From positions 558,001-622,000 of the forward strand of contig JAQGDQ010000085.1 in assembly GCA_030141605.1 (NCBI GenBank): a stretch of DNA of 64,000 nucleotides, in the 5' to 3' direction. A program made the translations under genes and the position numbers. Below are positions 62,500 to 64,000 of the stretch, in pieces. Origin of the DNA: Tubiluchus corallicola. Lineage: Eukaryota; Animalia; Priapulida. A model generated the notes under the pieces. That model was not told where the DNA came from, ran no database searches, and worked only from the letters and a program-made list of their open reading frames with translations. How positions within the stretch are numbered: position 1 is the stretch's first letter; each line of letters begins with the position of its first letter.

Positions 62500-62725
62500 A
62501 CAACCTCACGTACGGCATTCGTGCTGTAAATTCCAAACGGTACGGGTTTTGACACCTAAACGATTAGTTCTCTCTCCAGTGGAGACACACACAAAAAATA
62601 CACAACGTGTGTCCCAGCAACCTCAAACGTGCGGCCTTCGTACATTTAATTCCATACGGTACGGGTTTTTACACCAAAACGATTAGTTCTTTCATCAGCT
62701 GGGACACACACGAAACACATGTAGC
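62500..62725 (+). repeat. Two tandem ~115-bp units downstream of the transposase-like pseudogene
   Basis: AATTCCA(A/T)ACGGTACGGGTTTT(G/T)ACACC(T/A)AAACGATTAGTTCT occurs at about 62529 and 62648. Confidence 0.75.
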
Positions 62726-62762
62726 CAACAGTTGGCTATAGAGGCAAGCTCTAAAGTGCAGG

Positions 62763-64000
62763 TCATTCTCCTTCGTCCTTGTCTTTCTGCTTCTCCTCCT
62801 CTTTTGCTTTCTTCTTTGCAGATATTCGGACAAGGACGCCTTCCAACCATTGCTCGTATGGGATACCTTCATTTGGGCAAAAAAGGTATCCACGCTGACA
62901 CCGATGGTCTGTTGTTAGCAGTCTGTTCCAAGCCACATTTCTTGCAACTGTTGAAACACTTCAGGCGCTTGTACTTCGGAGCTTGCCCTTCTTATAGCAT
63001 GCGACGATGGCGGTACGCTGTTGAGCGAGACACACTTGGTGGTTTGTCACCATCATCAGGACCATCATCAGGCAACTTCCGCTTTCTTACAGATGCCTCA
63101 CCAGCTGTATTCGGAGGTAGAACGTAGGTGTACCTTTCCCGGTATTCTACAACTGGAGGTGCATCGGGAAGCTGATGTGCCGGTGGAAGTGGATGCGGTG
63201 ATGTTAATGGCTGTGATGGCAGGTCCATACCCTGTACAAGTGTGTCCTGCTCTTTCGCTCTCATTTTCTTGCTGAACCTGCAAGGACAATATACAGTGTT
63301 ACAATAATATAGTGTATACAAATGCAGTGTAAGTCACAGTTTTTAAACAGTGAAATTGTCAATAATAAAAATGCACTGTAAACTTACCAGTCGATCAGCG
63401 TTTTCTGATTGATGTAAAACAGCTGCAGCGTGGTGTGGGCTTGCACCTTTGGATTCGACGACAGCAGTTCCTGGATTTGGCCTTAATCCTCTAGAATGAG
63501 CCTCCATCTGGTAATCATCTTATGTGGACTGGACGACTTCAGTGGGCATGGATGGATAACGCACAGCTTCAGGCAGATGGCTTCAATTAGCCTGCTTGCA
63601 CTTGGCCACTGAGCTGGCCCCACATTGCCTCCAACAAAGCACCTAGAGAATAAAAAACAAATATTCAATCACATGAAATAATTGACTCAAAAATACAAGA
63701 GAAAAAACACGAGAAATAAAAATAAAATAAAATAAAATGAAAAAAATATACCTTTTAACACTCTCCTGTCCAGGTGCAACTTGAGACTTGGATGGCGCGG
63801 CCCTTCGTCAGCTGGGGCTTATGCCGTGGTGGATAATCGATCCGCCTCTTGCCCACATCATGGAGGTCGTTCCACAGTGTAATAATGGTTGTCACCTGGG
63901 AGTTTGAGAGTGCAGCTGAACCTTTTATCGCAACAAGGTAGTTTGCAAGGTTTTGAACCCTTCCATTCCTGATGGTCCCATGAAAACTTCTGGTTGTTGA
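62763..64000 (-). pseudogene. 3' part of a spliced DNA-transposon-type protein (DUF6729-associated, possibly Dada-like), disabled; runs off the window
   Basis: Exons >64000-63752, 63642-63388 and 63277-62763 with GT-AG sites: ...LWNDLHDVGKRRIDYPPRH...PGQESVKRCFVGGNVGPAQWPSASRLIEAICLKLC...RWRLILED*...TTLQLFYINQKTLIDW...YVLPPNTAGEA...VSRSTAYR...CKKC...H...FCP. In-frame stops and frameshifts. Confidence 0.65.

Overview
AT-rich, intron-rich animal (probably invertebrate) genomic DNA with no prokaryotic features. Three spliced protein-coding genes were reconstructed by hand. (1) A MAPK-interacting kinase, MKNK/Mnk (+, 9591-19584, 11 coding exons, about 460 aa), with a GC-AG last intron and a candidate alternative terminal exon. 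(2) RNF11 (-, 26455-33439, 3 exons, 155 aa), convergent with Mnk. (3) A divergent FANCC-like gene (+, 37791-51505, 9 coding exons, about 449 aa), head-to-head with RNF11 and apparently lacking the N-terminal region. The introns hold hAT-type MITEs, foldback elements, a solo-LTR-like element and a head-to-tail pair of non-autonomous Helitrons carrying a CACCA-type satellite. The last ~11 kb is mostly decayed transposon fragments (LINE, BEL/Pao, Gypsy, piggyBac, and a spliced transposase-like pseudogene). All family assignments come from remembered motifs, not from database searches.
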